The notes beneath the pieces were generated by a model. The model had not been told where the DNA came from. It saw only the letters and a program-made list of their open reading frames with translations, and searched no databases. From Candidatus Bathyarchaeum sp. (lineage in GTDB: Archaea; Thermoproteota; Bathyarchaeia; Bathyarchaeales; Bathyarchaeaceae), in assembly GCA_016930555.1 (NCBI GenBank), contig JAFGGM010000051.1:4715-68714 (forward strand): a DNA stretch of 64,000 nt. The letters run 5' to 3'. Below are positions 50,777 to 61,135 of the stretch, one piece after another (position 1 is the first letter of the stretch; each line of letters begins with the position of its first letter). Position numbers and translations under genes: made by a program.

Positions 50777-51106
50777 TTCTCTTTATTCAGCGAATATCTA
50801 TCAATATTTCGACCATTTTTTTGGTCATGTTACTTCGAAGAAGTTGATTGAGTAAAAGTGGCCACTTTATCTGCAGAACCCAGTTGAATGTTGTGAGTAT
50901 TTGGAGAAAATTCGTTACCAAAGAATCTTCCAAGATGTTCTTGATCAATGTTAGGAAACAGCAAAGAAATTTTGAGGGCTCAATGGAAAACTTGCAGCAT
51001 ATTCTACATGTAGAAGAGTCTCTGGAGAGGTTAATGGCTGAAATGATCTAGCAGAAAAGTTTTTAGCTGCAACGAAACGTGTCAATGACTAAAGATAGGG
51101 TTTATT

Positions 51107-51931
51107 ATGAAATTCGTTGATGCTCACATTCATCTTGCAGACAGCAGATATTTCCAGAATCTTGAAGAAGTTGTGGCAGGCGCAAAAGAATCAAATGTTT
51201 TTGTTTTAGTCGCCAATTCCACGGACCTAGAGTCAAGTCGTCAAAGCCTTGAGTTAGCAGATAGGCATCCTGACTACGTGTATGCTGCATTGGGAATACA
51301 CCCGTGGAACACAAAACAGCTAAAACCAAACGAGGTGCAGGACACTATTAACCTAATTTTTGAGAATGCAGAAAACAGGCAAAGAATGGTTGCTGTTGGG
51401 GAGATAGGATTAGATTCCAGTTATTCCAGAAGCGGAGAACCCACAGAAATTCAGATGCAAGTCTTCCATGAGATGCTTTCTGTTGCTGAGAAAACGTCTT
51501 TACCTGTGATAATCCATTCCCGAGGTACCACCACCCAAATCGTGAGCATGCTCCCATCATATAAAATCGAAAAAGTTTTATTGCATTGGTTCAGCCAACC
51601 TCACAGCTTAATTGAGACAATAGTCGACCGTGGCTACTACATCACTGAGGGTCCGCCGTCAGTGTTTGCAAACGGCATCCGAGAAGTCATCCGTCGTATG
51701 CCCTTAACCAGGATTATGACAGAAACGGATGGTCCTGTCCGATTCAGGGGACCATTTAAAGATAAGCTGACCACGCCTTCCTTTATTCCCGCTGTGGTTG
51801 AAGCAATAGCTGAGTTAAAAGGACAAGAGAAAAGTGTGGTTGCAGACCAGATTTTCCATAATTTTGTTAACTTTTTTGGCGTAGAAGGCGTAAGGGATAA
51901 AAGGCATGATGAGGGGACAATTCAGGACTAA
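51107..51931 (+). CDS. tatD: TatD-family nuclease
   Basis: DAHIHL, GIHPW, VGEIGLD, IIHSR, LHWF, TETDGP. Confidence 0.92.
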   Translation: MKFVDAHIHLADSRYFQNLEEVVAGAKESNVFVLVANSTDLESSRQSLELADRHPDYVYAALGIHPWNTKQLKPNEVQDTINLIFENAENRQRMVAVGEIGLDSSYSRSGEPTEIQMQVFHEMLSVAEKTSLPVIIHSRGTTTQIVSMLPSYKIEKVLLHWFSQPHSLIETIVDRGYYITEGPPSVFANGIREVIRRMPLTRIMTETDGPVRFRGPFKDKLTTPSFIPAVVEAIAELKGQEKSVVADQIFHNFVNFFGVEGVRDKRHDEGTIQD

Positions 51932-51961
51932 AATAATGAAGCTCTGACTGGAGGACGAAGT

Positions 51962-52180
51962 TTGGGAAAAGTACGCACTGAACAAGTGAAGAGGATAGCC
52001 CGAGAGCTACTTGACAGGTATCCAAGTAAATTTTCTGCGGATTTTGAAAAGAACAAAAAGCTTGTGAATGATTACACAAACATTTCTTCAATAAAACTCA
52101 GGAATAAAGTAGCTGGTTACACTGCTCGATTGGCAGCTGCAATGTATGGTCCTGAAGTTCAAGAATCTGAAGAAGAATAG
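51962..52180 (+). CDS. rps17e: 30S ribosomal protein S17e
   Basis: GKVRT..VKR.A.EL...Y...F..DFE.NKK, SIKLRNKVAGY. Confidence 0.96.
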   Translation: MGKVRTEQVKRIARELLDRYPSKFSADFEKNKKLVNDYTNISSIKLRNKVAGYTARLAAAMYGPEVQESEEE

Positions 52181-52289
52181 ACAATTGTCAAGAAGATACA
52201 CTCGGTTCTATCTTCCAAGTTCTGTAAAAAATTTTTAACAACCTGCATATTCCATAGATAAAGGAGCAAGTGTAAAGAGGGAAAACTGA

Positions 52290-52664
52290 TTGCTAACAAT
52301 GGATGGATATCGAAAAGGCTGGGCTAACCGTTACCTCAGAGAGGCAAGGGCAGAGTTGATTGCCGCTAAAAAAACTCCTTACATGGCAGCGGGTTTCATC
52401 ATTGAAGCCTTGACTAAAGCCCAGGCAGCCATCTATTACAGCCTCGGAGACCCAGCGTTTATCGTGCCAATAGTCCATGAAACCTTCCGCACCGGACAGC
52501 ATGTTAATGAGCCAATTTTGAATTTTCTTGTCGAGATCGAAAAAACTCTTCAACATTTAGCTCAAGAACCTAATACGGACAATGAAAAGACTATGAAGCA
52601 AGTGAATGACATAATCGAGTTCACGTCTGAGATAGTCAAGCTTTTCGGAGGCGAAAGCTCATAA
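52290..52664 (+). CDS. Hypothetical all-helical protein (weakly HEPN-like)
   Basis: ORF placed operon-like upstream of the SAMP gene; family not established. Confidence 0.5.
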   Translation: MLTMDGYRKGWANRYLREARAELIAAKKTPYMAAGFIIEALTKAQAAIYYSLGDPAFIVPIVHETFRTGQHVNEPILNFLVEIEKTLQHLAQEPNTDNEKTMKQVNDIIEFTSEIVKLFGGESS

Positions 52665-52683
52665 TTTACGAGAGAACAGAACG

Positions 52684-52977
52684 ATGTCTGTCACTGTAGA
52701 AATTAGGTTCATGGGAATATTCCAGCAGCTTTCTGGAAAAAAAAGTTTAAAGTTGAAGTTGATGGAGCCAGCAACCGTCAGAAAACTGGTTATCAAACTT
52801 ACTGAAACATTTTCCTCCGAGTTCAAACGTGTTCTTATTGATTCACAGCTTAATGACGCCAGACCAAATGCTCTGATCCTTGTTGGAGGAAAAGAAATCA
52901 ATGTGCTACAGGGACTTGAAACGAAAATCAAAGACTCTGAAGAAATTGTTTTTCTTCCAATGGTTCATGGCGGTTGA
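52684..52977 (+). CDS. MoaD/ThiS/SAMP ubiquitin-like sulfur carrier
   Basis: Beta-grasp pattern, ILVGG.EI..LQGLET, C-terminal P.VHGG. Confidence 0.9.
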   Translation: MSVTVEIRFMGIFQQLSGKKSLKLKLMEPATVRKLVIKLTETFSSEFKRVLIDSQLNDARPNALILVGGKEINVLQGLETKIKDSEEIVFLPMVHGG

Positions 52978-53491
52978 CTCACTTAATTGTTCCAAATTTT
53001 ACTCATTTTTTCCCTCGTTAGCCCATATTAAGATGTAAACATGAAAACTTGACACAAAAACAGTTCATCTCATTTATATGCTTAATAAAGGTTCTCACAT
53101 GTAACATTAAATTATATTGTAGGGTACCAAAAAGCTTGTCAAATTAACCCCTCTTCCCTTGAGCAGATGTTAATCCTTTTTTTGATAATGCATATAGACC
53201 AGCAACCCATTATTGCGTCATTGCCCGAATTGGGGAGCACGCTTGGATAGACCGACATGGCACGGTCAACTGTTCAGCAGTTGGCTATGGCTTGTCTCAC
53301 GCGATCATATCAACTGAGGCTGGTTGTGGTTGGCAACTGGATGGCTGATTATGCTTAGTTAATCTGCCTGGGCTTTGACCCTTTTCGGGTATTTCCATTT
53401 TAGGCAAAACTAACTTATGTAAAGGTTAGACGCTGGAACGTAGCTAAAGCTAACCGACTTGACCACGATCTAAAAACTGGAAGTGTGTTGT

Positions 53492-53989
53492 TTACTTTGC
53501 AGAAATTGGCAGTTTTCTTGACATGAGGTAAGCGTTTTCGCCGTCCGCATAGTAGTTTCTGAGGGTTCGCGACTTTTCAAACCCCAATTTCTTGTAAAGT
53601 CCTAAAGCAGCCAGATTGCTTGTTCTGACTTCCAGGTAGCATTCTTTTGCGTTGTAGTTTGTCATTGCTTGGGTAGCTTCCAACATCAGTGAGTAGCCAA
53701 TTCCTTTCTGCTGATGTTTAGGCAAGACAGCTAGTGATATGACGTGGCCCTTCTTTGTTACTCCTAACAATTTGAAATTAGGAACTCCAGTTTCTATGCG
53801 ACTCATGATGTAGCCTACTAGTTCTTTGTTAATTTCGGCAACGATGAAGGCTTGGGGGTACCGTTTGTAAAGGTTCATGAAAAAAAGTGGTGTGTAGTTT
53901 TCGGGAAGACAGTCTCTGTTTATTCGAATTACTTCTTCTAAATCAGATGGCTTAAACGGTCTGAATCTGTATTTAATTTCCAAAACCAT
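53492..53989 (-). CDS. RimI/Ard1-type N-terminal acetyltransferase
   Basis: LPENY, GHVISLAV, QQKGIG, LEVRTSN, YYADGENAY. Confidence 0.92.
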   Translation of the reverse strand: MVLEIKYRFRPFKPSDLEEVIRINRDCLPENYTPLFFMNLYKRYPQAFIVAEINKELVGYIMSRIETGVPNFKLLGVTKKGHVISLAVLPKHQQKGIGYSLMLEATQAMTNYNAKECYLEVRTSNLAALGLYKKLGFEKSRTLRNYYADGENAYLMSRKLPISAK

Positions 53990-54322
53990 ACTAAACCACG
54001 TCTTCTCTTTGCCTCTGTTTAACTAGAGCTTGAATGCATAAGTAAACAAAAGTAAATATACTTTTTCGTAAAGCAAGGGAATGCTAAACCGATGGAAAAG
54101 ATAACCTGATTGATTAACAAAAGAGCTATTGAAGTATATTTAATCCACTAAATGATCAGAGTTTCTGTTTAATCCTTAAACTGATAAAAATGGGTTTACT
54201 TTCACTCATCTCTCCCCCCTTCATAGTCATACGTTACTCCACATACCTTAAAACCGCTCACAGCGAAATCGATGTCAAACAACTAACATTATAACTCAAC
54301 AATTAGAAAGGTGATAGATTAA

Positions 54323-55273
54323 ATGGAAGATAATGATTTGAAAAATCTCCCCGGTGTGGGACCAGCCACAGCCAACAAACTCAAAAACTCTGGATTCACA
54401 ACCCCCGAAGCAATCTCTGTAACACCACCCAAAGAAATATCCGAAAAAACAGGAATCGGATTCAACACTGTCCTAAACATCGTAAAAGCCGCCAGAGAAA
54501 AACTGGGTGTTGACTTCATAACCGCAGAAGATCTATGGAAAAAAAGGCAGGACATGCTCAGATGCTCAATAGGGTCCAACAACCTGAATGAGCTTATGGG
54601 TGGCGGAATCGAAACCCAAGCCATGACCGAACTCGTAGGCGAGTATGGAGTAGGGAAAACCCAGATCTGTTTATCCCTTTGCGTTAGGGTCCAGTTGCAA
54701 ACAGAAGAGGGAGGACTAGATGGTACCGCAGTTTATATCGATACCGAAGGGACATTCATCCCAGAACGAGTTTACCAAATAGCTGAATCTCTCGGACTTG
54801 ACCCTCACAAAACCCTAGGCAACATTTTTCTAGCCAGAGCATACAATACTAGCCACCAGGAACTACTGACAGATCATCTCTACAAGTTTTGTCCAGAAAA
54901 CAACGTGAAATTGGTTGTCGTTGATTCGATGATTGGGCACTTTAGAGGCGAATATGTGGGAAGAGAAAATCTTTCAGAACGCCAGCAGAAACTGAACAGC
55001 CAACTCCACAAACTCCTTAGGCTAACAGAAGCATACAATCTGTCAGTTGTAATCACAAATCAGGTTCAGGCTAATCCCACAGCATTTTTTGGAGATCCCA
55101 ACAGACCAGCAGGTGGAAACGTTATGGCACATGCATCCACCCACCGCGTCTACCTCAGGAAAGGAGGAAAAGGAACCAGAATCGCTACAGTCATAGACTC
55201 TCCATATCTTCCCGAAGAAAAAGTGCGATTCAAGATCACAGAAAAAGGCGTTGAAGATGCAGAAGAAGATTGA
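54323..55273 (+). CDS. radA: DNA repair and recombination protein RadA
   Basis: N-terminal HhH (LPGVGPATA), GEYGVGKTQ, YIDTEGTF.PER, VVDS, ERQQKLN, TNQV, GGNVMAH. Confidence 0.95.
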   Translation: MEDNDLKNLPGVGPATANKLKNSGFTTPEAISVTPPKEISEKTGIGFNTVLNIVKAAREKLGVDFITAEDLWKKRQDMLRCSIGSNNLNELMGGGIETQAMTELVGEYGVGKTQICLSLCVRVQLQTEEGGLDGTAVYIDTEGTFIPERVYQIAESLGLDPHKTLGNIFLARAYNTSHQELLTDHLYKFCPENNVKLVVVDSMIGHFRGEYVGRENLSERQQKLNSQLHKLLRLTEAYNLSVVITNQVQANPTAFFGDPNRPAGGNVMAHASTHRVYLRKGGKGTRIATVIDSPYLPEEKVRFKITEKGVEDAEED

Positions 55274-55274
55274 T

Positions 55275-55682
55275 CTAGTCGATTTGTAAAGTCGCCTCTT
55301 CGACTGAATTATCCAATAACTGGTATGCAGCTAGTTCGCTATCAGTTAAAGATAGAATTAACCAGAGGGTGTTCCCCCATAATCTCATGCCTTCGAGGTC
55401 AGTGGACGAAGGAGCAGCGGGTGCAGGATGCGAATGAAATACACCAATAAACTCTAGGTCTTCTTTCATTGCTTCAGTGAAGGCGGCAGCAACCTTTTCA
55501 GGGTCTATCTGAAATTTTATTGGAGATTCAAGCTTATTTTTGGCAAAATCAATTTTTTTTACAACAGCTTGGTCTTGATGAAGTTTTCCAAAGATCAAGG
55601 CACAAGCTTCAATGGGCTGTACTTTCTCTGCTTCTTGATTCAATAAACTAACATGCCGGCGCTGTAACCGTAAAATCAACAA
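55275..55682 (-). CDS. JAMM/MPN+ metalloprotease (desampylase-like)
   Basis: EAC, FHSHP...PSSTD JAMM motif. Confidence 0.88.
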   Translation of the reverse strand: MLILRLQRRHVSLLNQEAEKVQPIEACALIFGKLHQDQAVVKKIDFAKNKLESPIKFQIDPEKVAAAFTEAMKEDLEFIGVFHSHPAPAAPSSTDLEGMRLWGNTLWLILSLTDSELAAYQLLDNSVEEATLQID

Positions 55683-55724
55683 ACTTCACTCCATTTTCAA
55701 TATAGTATTATGCCTGACGTTGTT

Positions 55725-55889
55725 TTAGCTTTTTTTGGGGGAGTGATAACTTTGGATGTGTAAGTTTTTGTGGTGGCTGACTCCTTGTTTTGTTACCTCT
55801 TCCTGCAGAATGCTGTCCCATTCTTGTCTGATTTTAAAAGTTCGAGTAATGGTCTTTTTTCGGTTATCAAAACCACTGGCTTTTCTCAC
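55725..55889 (-). pseudogene. Truncated RHH-type regulator fragment
   Basis: MRKASGFDNRKKTITRTFKIRQEWDSILQEEVTKQGVS resembles an RHH strand-helix-turn, then continues into non-helical sequence. Confidence 0.4.
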
Positions 55890-55980
55890 GTTTGAAAACA
55901 GCTCTATTACTCCCCAAAAATAACTAATGCTCGACTTTAGAATAATACTTAGTTATTTGTTTAGAAATTTTACTGCCAGC

Positions 55981-56517
55981 CTATTTTTCGCGGGCATGCT
56001 TTACGATGTGACCTGTTTCGGTAAGAATAAGTTTTGTCATGACAAGTTTGACTGCCTGCGGGGAACCAGGAATACAGAAGACAGCTTGTCCTTGGTCTGT
56101 GACTCCAGCTAAAGCTCTAGTCATGATGGCTGCTGAACCAATCTCGTCATAGCTCAGTTTCCTGAATAATTCTCCAAAACCAGGCAACGTCTTTATCATC
56201 ATTGGTCGTACAGTTTCAATGGTCACATCTGTTATGCTGACTCCAGTTCCCCCACACACTATAATTGCATCCACATTCTCTGAGCCTATGGCATTACCCA
56301 CATATTTTCCGATCAAAACTCGGTCATCAGGCAAAATCTCCCTAGAATCCACACAATAACCAGCAGCTTCTATAAGCTCAACAATCAAGTCCCCTGAAGG
56401 GTCAGAAACAGACCGCTGTTCCTTAAGCTTCTGGTAACGGGATGAACTGGAAACAAAAACAGCAAAATTGAGTTTCATGGGCGCCTTAGACTTGTGTTCG
56501 CGAGACGATTCTCTCAT
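55981..56517 (-). CDS. moaB: MoaB/MogA molybdopterin adenylyltransferase family
   Basis: D.SG, LPDD, GGTG....DVT.E, GFGE.FR, TRA.AG, PGSP. Confidence 0.88.
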   Translation of the reverse strand: MRESSREHKSKAPMKLNFAVFVSSSSRYQKLKEQRSVSDPSGDLIVELIEAAGYCVDSREILPDDRVLIGKYVGNAIGSENVDAIIVCGGTGVSITDVTIETVRPMMIKTLPGFGELFRKLSYDEIGSAAIMTRALAGVTDQGQAVFCIPGSPQAVKLVMTKLILTETGHIVKHAREK

Positions 56518-56519
56518 GC

Positions 56520-56957
56520 CTATTTCTCCTTCACTTTGTGAACTACATGTAGGTTTTGTATGCTTGTGCCAGGATATTGACCATTAGCATCTTTTTCGTA
56601 CTGTTTTGTCATGTCCCAAACGGTCAACAGTGCTGTAGCCGCGGCAGCGAGAGCCTCCATCTCCACGCCAGTCTGTGCTCGGGTTTTGATTGTTGCTTCA
56701 GCCTCCACCATGAAGTTATCAACTATCTGCAGTTCAACTGTTACGCTGGTTAAGGGCAGGGGGTGACAGAGAGGAATCATAGAACTTGTGTTCTTTGCTG
56801 CCAAAATTCCAGCGACTTTTGCAATCTCGAAGGGGTCACCTTTCTCGATTTTTCTGTTTTTGATTAGCCTAAGTGTTTCAGATTTGAGTTTGATTGTTCC
56901 TTTGGCTTTGGCTTCCCTGTAAACTTCTGGCTTCTCGGTCACATCAACCATTGACAT
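56520..56957 (-). CDS. moaC: Cyclic pyranopterin monophosphate synthase
   Basis: MVDVTEK, KGD, AAK.T...IPLCHP, TGVEMEAL, WDM.K. Confidence 0.95.
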   Translation of the reverse strand: MSMVDVTEKPEVYREAKAKGTIKLKSETLRLIKNRKIEKGDPFEIAKVAGILAAKNTSSMIPLCHPLPLTSVTVELQIVDNFMVEAEATIKTRAQTGVEMEALAAAATALLTVWDMTKQYEKDANGQYPGTSIQNLHVVHKVKEK

Positions 56958-56993
56958 TAAACGTTCACCTTACAGATTATTTATTATCTAGAC

Positions 56994-57260
56994 TTATTTT
57001 GTTTCTTCCCAGAACTCTATCAACTGCTTAATCATTCTTGCTCTGGGGTTTTCTTCGTTATAGCGAAAGATACGGATTCGTCCAAAGGTCTTGTGGCGCA
57101 CAAGCTTATTGTTTTCCAGAATCTGCAGGTGCTGATTTGTGGTAGCATAGTTTAGTCCAGCTCGTCTAGCAACCTCTGAAATGTTTAGCTCTCCGATTTC
57201 AGCTAAGATTCTGAGAATTCTCACGCGCCCTTTAGAAGATAAAACATCCTCAATCGACAC
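56994..57260 (-). CDS. ArsR-like winged-HTH protein co-transcribed with cdc6
   Basis: SSKGRVRIL..L...GELNISE.ARR.GLNY.T..QHL..L. Confidence 0.85.
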   Translation of the reverse strand: MSIEDVLSSKGRVRILRILAEIGELNISEVARRAGLNYATTNQHLQILENNKLVRHKTFGRIRIFRYNEENPRARMIKQLIEFWEETK

Positions 57261-57264
57261 TGCC

Positions 57265-58449
57265 TCACCGCCAGTCCTGCGACAAAAGTTTGCTCATTTC
57301 CTGCTCCAAGTCAGAGGCTGGAATCCTTGGCAAGCTGATGAGGGTAGTTTTTCCCCGTTGTCCAACTCCAGAAACCATCGTTTCAATTATTCCTGATGTA
57401 GAAAGTGCTTTGACGTATTTCCAGATTTGAGTGTGACCCCGCTGCTTTTCACCATATTCTTCACAGGCTAGAGCATAAGCTTCTTCTGCGTCGCCCATGG
57501 ACATGTAAGCGGAATCTGTTTGCTTGAAATGACGTGCAACACCAAGAAGAAACAGTTTTTCGTGTAAACTAAACTCAGGAATCATGTCCCTCCGCACAAC
57601 AGGATAAACGCTGACAACCGCGTTTCTGACGCACTCAGGCAAAACTTCCCTCATCTCCGAAGCATCAGCATACTTGCCCGCCCGCCACAGAAGTTCAATC
57701 GCGTAACGGGCATTTCCGCTCTCAGACTTTCCCAACTCAGCGATGAGATTCATTGTCTGGTGGGGCACTGTGCCATCCCTGAAGGCAAGATTTACCCTGT
57801 TATCAAGAATATCTTCAAGCTGGGATTCTGAGTACTCCCGTAGCTGAATTATGTTACGTTGGAGAGTGCTTCTTGTGCTTGGGTCCAGTTTTTCTAGATG
57901 TCCTGGTTGGCGGAGGATGCAAATTAGGGAGAGTCGTTTTGGGGTATTTATTCGGTCTTCTTGGATTCGGGAAAGATTGTAAAGGGGGTCTGAACCCTCA
58001 TTCTGGACAAGAGACTCCAGTTCATCCAATGTTAAAATCAGGTACGCATCTTTTTCGTCAAGAATCTGCATAAGGGCTTGCAGCAATTCCTCTGCGGAGT
58101 AGCCGCGTCTCGGAAAGTTGGGGATAAATTTCATGATTGTTCGTTGAAGAATCATGAACAGGTTGCCTTTGCATTCTCGGCAGTTGATGTGGATGTAATT
58201 GAGGTTTATGTTGCGTTGTTTTGCTTCTCTTGTTATGTTTAAGCCGAAGTGTTGTGAGAGAACAGTTTTGCCTGCTCCGATGTGCCCCATAATCAGGGCG
58301 CGTTGGGTCATTTTTCCTGGACTTTCAACTGCGAAGCGGAAAAACTGGTTCAGTAGATTGAGTTGGAGTTTTCTGTGGAGTAGATGCTGGGGGACATAGT
58401 TTATGTCGAGTTTGCTTTCGTCCTTGAAGACGCTGGTGTACCGTGGCAT
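57265..58449 (-). CDS. cdc6: Orc1/Cdc6 replication initiator
   Basis: Y.P..L.HR, Walker A GHIGAGKT, INC, Walker B LDE, GNARYAI, C-terminal wHTH with G.RGKT. Confidence 0.92.
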   Translation of the reverse strand: MPRYTSVFKDESKLDINYVPQHLLHRKLQLNLLNQFFRFAVESPGKMTQRALIMGHIGAGKTVLSQHFGLNITREAKQRNINLNYIHINCRECKGNLFMILQRTIMKFIPNFPRRGYSAEELLQALMQILDEKDAYLILTLDELESLVQNEGSDPLYNLSRIQEDRINTPKRLSLICILRQPGHLEKLDPSTRSTLQRNIIQLREYSESQLEDILDNRVNLAFRDGTVPHQTMNLIAELGKSESGNARYAIELLWRAGKYADASEMREVLPECVRNAVVSVYPVVRRDMIPEFSLHEKLFLLGVARHFKQTDSAYMSMGDAEEAYALACEEYGEKQRGHTQIWKYVKALSTSGIIETMVSGVGQRGKTTLISLPRIPASDLEQEMSKLLSQDWR

Positions 58450-58612
58450 AATTTAGTCCCTCAAAGTGTTGAATAGGGATGTAATGGTTTGTGTCTCTTA
58501 AAAAGTATGTTGAGGTACCAGAAAAGTGAAACAAGACAGTGTGAGGTCTGTAAAGTTATAACATAGAAGGGCTATTGTGTTGGTTAGTCTATGATGTGCA
58601 GAGAGAAATAAA

Positions 58613-59836
58613 ATGAACCACAACAAGCTACTGTTCAGTCTAACGCTCATCATAATCATAGTTTCACCCCTTTTCGTGGCAATGTGGAACCAAAGCAGCC
58701 TCGAGCAGAGTTCAGAACCATTATTCTTTGTAGGAGTAGAATATGCCATAGATAACTACAGTATTGAGGGCTGCAAAGAACTGGTTGATAGGGTGAAGAA
58801 TTTCACGAACTTTTTTGTCATCGACACTGTGGGGATAACATATGACATATACAAGCTCAATGAGGTTTGTGACTACGTCTACGAGTCAGGACTGCATTTC
58901 ATGGTATTCTTCCTTCCATTGCATGAAGAATATGTGGTTTCCACAGACGATGGAGAGCAGCGATTACATGTCATGCGATACAATTACTATCCTCACCTGT
59001 GGATTGCGGACGCCAAAGAAACATATGGTGGCAAGTTTTTGGGAGCATATGCCATGGACGAGCCGGGAGGACACCAGCTGGACGGTGGCGATGATTCCCG
59101 ACTAGTTACAAGCGCAGAAACTCAGGCGGAAGCCGCTGACACATACGTGACGGGTCTTCATGCTCACCTAAACTATTACCTTTACGCTCGGGAATGCACA
59201 GGCATATCAGTGTTAACCTCAGATTATGGGCTCTACTGGTTCGACTACAAGGCGGGATACGATAAGGTCTTAGCGGAGTTTGCTTGGAACCACAGCCGAC
59301 CACTACATGTTGGGCTTTGCAGGGGAGCTGCCACAGTTCAGGACAGAGAGTGGGGTGCAATGCTGACATGGACATATGTTGATAAAGAACCCTACCTTGT
59401 TGAAGGTCCTGAACTTTATGAAGACCTTGTTCTAGCGTATCATAATGGAGCAAAATATGCTGTGATTTTTGATCATCCAGATACGGACTACTCAGATTAT
59501 GGAATATTGGCAGAAAAATATGGCCATTTCACTGCTTTAGAGCAGTTCTGGGACTACGTGACCAGCAACCCAGACAAACATGGAACAACGGAAGCGGATG
59601 TGGTTTATGTTCTTCCAGAAAACTTTGGTTTCGGTTTCCGCGACGACAGCGATAAGATTTGGGGGCTGTGGAGTGCGGACTCGGATGAGCGGACAGCAAA
59701 GATTTGGAGCGACGTCAATATGCTTCTTGATGAGAATGGTTTCCGATTGGACATCGTCTACAGTGATCCAGAATTTGACAACAGCTTGCAGCTAAATTAT
59801 GATAGAATCCTTTTCTGGAACCAAACAATACCCTAA
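58613..59836 (+). CDS. Exported/membrane-anchored hypothetical protein (possibly glycoside-hydrolase-like fold)
   Basis: N-terminal TM/signal, DEPGG and TSDYGLYWFDY, aromatic-rich; the fold is a guess. Confidence 0.55.
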   Translation: MNHNKLLFSLTLIIIIVSPLFVAMWNQSSLEQSSEPLFFVGVEYAIDNYSIEGCKELVDRVKNFTNFFVIDTVGITYDIYKLNEVCDYVYESGLHFMVFFLPLHEEYVVSTDDGEQRLHVMRYNYYPHLWIADAKETYGGKFLGAYAMDEPGGHQLDGGDDSRLVTSAETQAEAADTYVTGLHAHLNYYLYARECTGISVLTSDYGLYWFDYKAGYDKVLAEFAWNHSRPLHVGLCRGAATVQDREWGAMLTWTYVDKEPYLVEGPELYEDLVLAYHNGAKYAVIFDHPDTDYSDYGILAEKYGHFTALEQFWDYVTSNPDKHGTTEADVVYVLPENFGFGFRDDSDKIWGLWSADSDERTAKIWSDVNMLLDENGFRLDIVYSDPEFDNSLQLNYDRILFWNQTIP

Positions 59837-59865
59837 AATATGGTTCAGGAACGGGTAGCTCCATT

Positions 59866-60354
59866 ATGATTATGGACCTTAATCTTCTTTCAGGACAGGG
59901 AACTTACACGCTGTTGTTACATGTCCAAAAGCAAGTTACAGTTACCATAGGAAGTTTGGGGAAGCAACGATTTCCTGTGGGATACTACAGCTACACTGGC
60001 TCAGCTATGGGGAAGAGAGCAAGTCTCAAGAATCGGATAGCTAGGCACCTGAGGAAAGAAAAGCGATGTTTCTGGCACATAGATTACCTTCTGGATAACG
60101 AGAACGTGTCTGTGGAGGCTGTTGTAACAGCTGAAACTAGCCAGAAGGTGGAGTGTGAAATAAACCAGCATACAAAAACCATGATGGATGCGAAGATTCA
60201 AGCTAAAGGTTTCGGATCCTCTGATTGCCAAAGGAACTGTAGAAGTCATCTGCTGTTTTTTCCTGATGCGGAAAATGTAGACTTGTTGGTTCAGAACCTT
60301 GTTACAGGTTTTAGGTCAATGTCGGGCGTTCTTGCGGTTCATGTGATTCGGTAA
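59866..60354 (+). CDS. DUF123 / GIY-YIG (Uri) endonuclease
   Basis: GTY.L, G.Y.YTGSA, RIARH, WHIDYLL, EC, GFGSSDC..C.SHL. Confidence 0.88.
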   Translation: MIMDLNLLSGQGTYTLLLHVQKQVTVTIGSLGKQRFPVGYYSYTGSAMGKRASLKNRIARHLRKEKRCFWHIDYLLDNENVSVEAVVTAETSQKVECEINQHTKTMMDAKIQAKGFGSSDCQRNCRSHLLFFPDAENVDLLVQNLVTGFRSMSGVLAVHVIR

Positions 60355-60368
60355 AGAGTTTTGGTGAC

Positions 60369-60974
60369 TCAGTCATCATCTTTTGGTTTTTTAGGCACTA
60401 GCAGTAGAGTCAGGAATATGCCTGCAAGGAATCCTCCTACATGGGCAGTATGGGCGACGCTTTCTACTGCTCCGGAGGTTACGTAGGCTGTTTCTGATAT
60501 GATTGTTATGAAAACGAACATGAGGGCGGGCATGGGTATGGGAATGAAGCCAAGAAATTTGATGAGCCATCTGAAGGGAAAAAGTATGGCAAAGGAGGCT
60601 AAGACTCCAAAGATTGCTCCAGAGGCTCCTATGGTGGGTATGGCGGGTGTAATGGTTAGGTAAGTGTGGAATATGCCTGCGATAACGCCGAAGGCTAGAT
60701 ACAGCACAAAGAAGCGGGCGCTGCCTATTTTTCGTTCTACTGAGTCGCCACTTACCAGCAGAAAGAACATGTTCATTGCAAGGTGGATGATGTCGGCGTG
60801 GAAGAACATAGATGTGATGAGGGATAGGAGGTTTACTCCGCTCATGATTTGTTCTGGGATTAGTCCGTAATCGAGTATTAACTGATTGTAGGCTTCAGGG
60901 TTGGTTAGGCTCTGGAGAAAAATGAAGATGTTGATGCCGATGATGATGTAAGTTACAACAGCAACCTTAGCCAA
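60369..60974 (-). CDS. Rhomboid intramembrane serine protease
   Basis: TSMFFHA...HL..NM, GASGAIFG, AHTAHVGG. Confidence 0.92.
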   Translation of the reverse strand: MAKVAVVTYIIIGINIFIFLQSLTNPEAYNQLILDYGLIPEQIMSGVNLLSLITSMFFHADIIHLAMNMFFLLVSGDSVERKIGSARFFVLYLAFGVIAGIFHTYLTITPAIPTIGASGAIFGVLASFAILFPFRWLIKFLGFIPIPMPALMFVFITIISETAYVTSGAVESVAHTAHVGGFLAGIFLTLLLVPKKPKDDD

Positions 60975-61135
60975 AATCGATTCTCCCGTGAACAGTTAGA
61001 CCTTCAATATTATCTGTGAAACATAAAATCTTTACTTTAAACGGAAAGTCGAATTCTTTGGCTGATAACCGTTAATTAGGACAGAAACTAAAACAGTTCA
61101 GGTTAATAGCGAAACAAGCCGTTTATGTTTGGGAA

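Noticed and set aside
50848..51051. 67-aa ORF between osmC and tatD
   Set aside because: No motif or clear initiation signal; likely spurious or degraded sequence.
52980..53490. 500-bp intergenic stretch checked for SRP RNA, RNase P RNA, tRNA or a gene remnant
   Set aside because: No recognisable conserved motifs or convincing ORF. A covariance-model search would be needed to exclude an ncRNA.
58450..58612. Possible replication origin (ORB) upstream of cdc6
   Set aside because: Only a weak single resemblance (TACCAGAAAAGTGAAAC); no repeated ORB/G-string boxes and the spacer is short.
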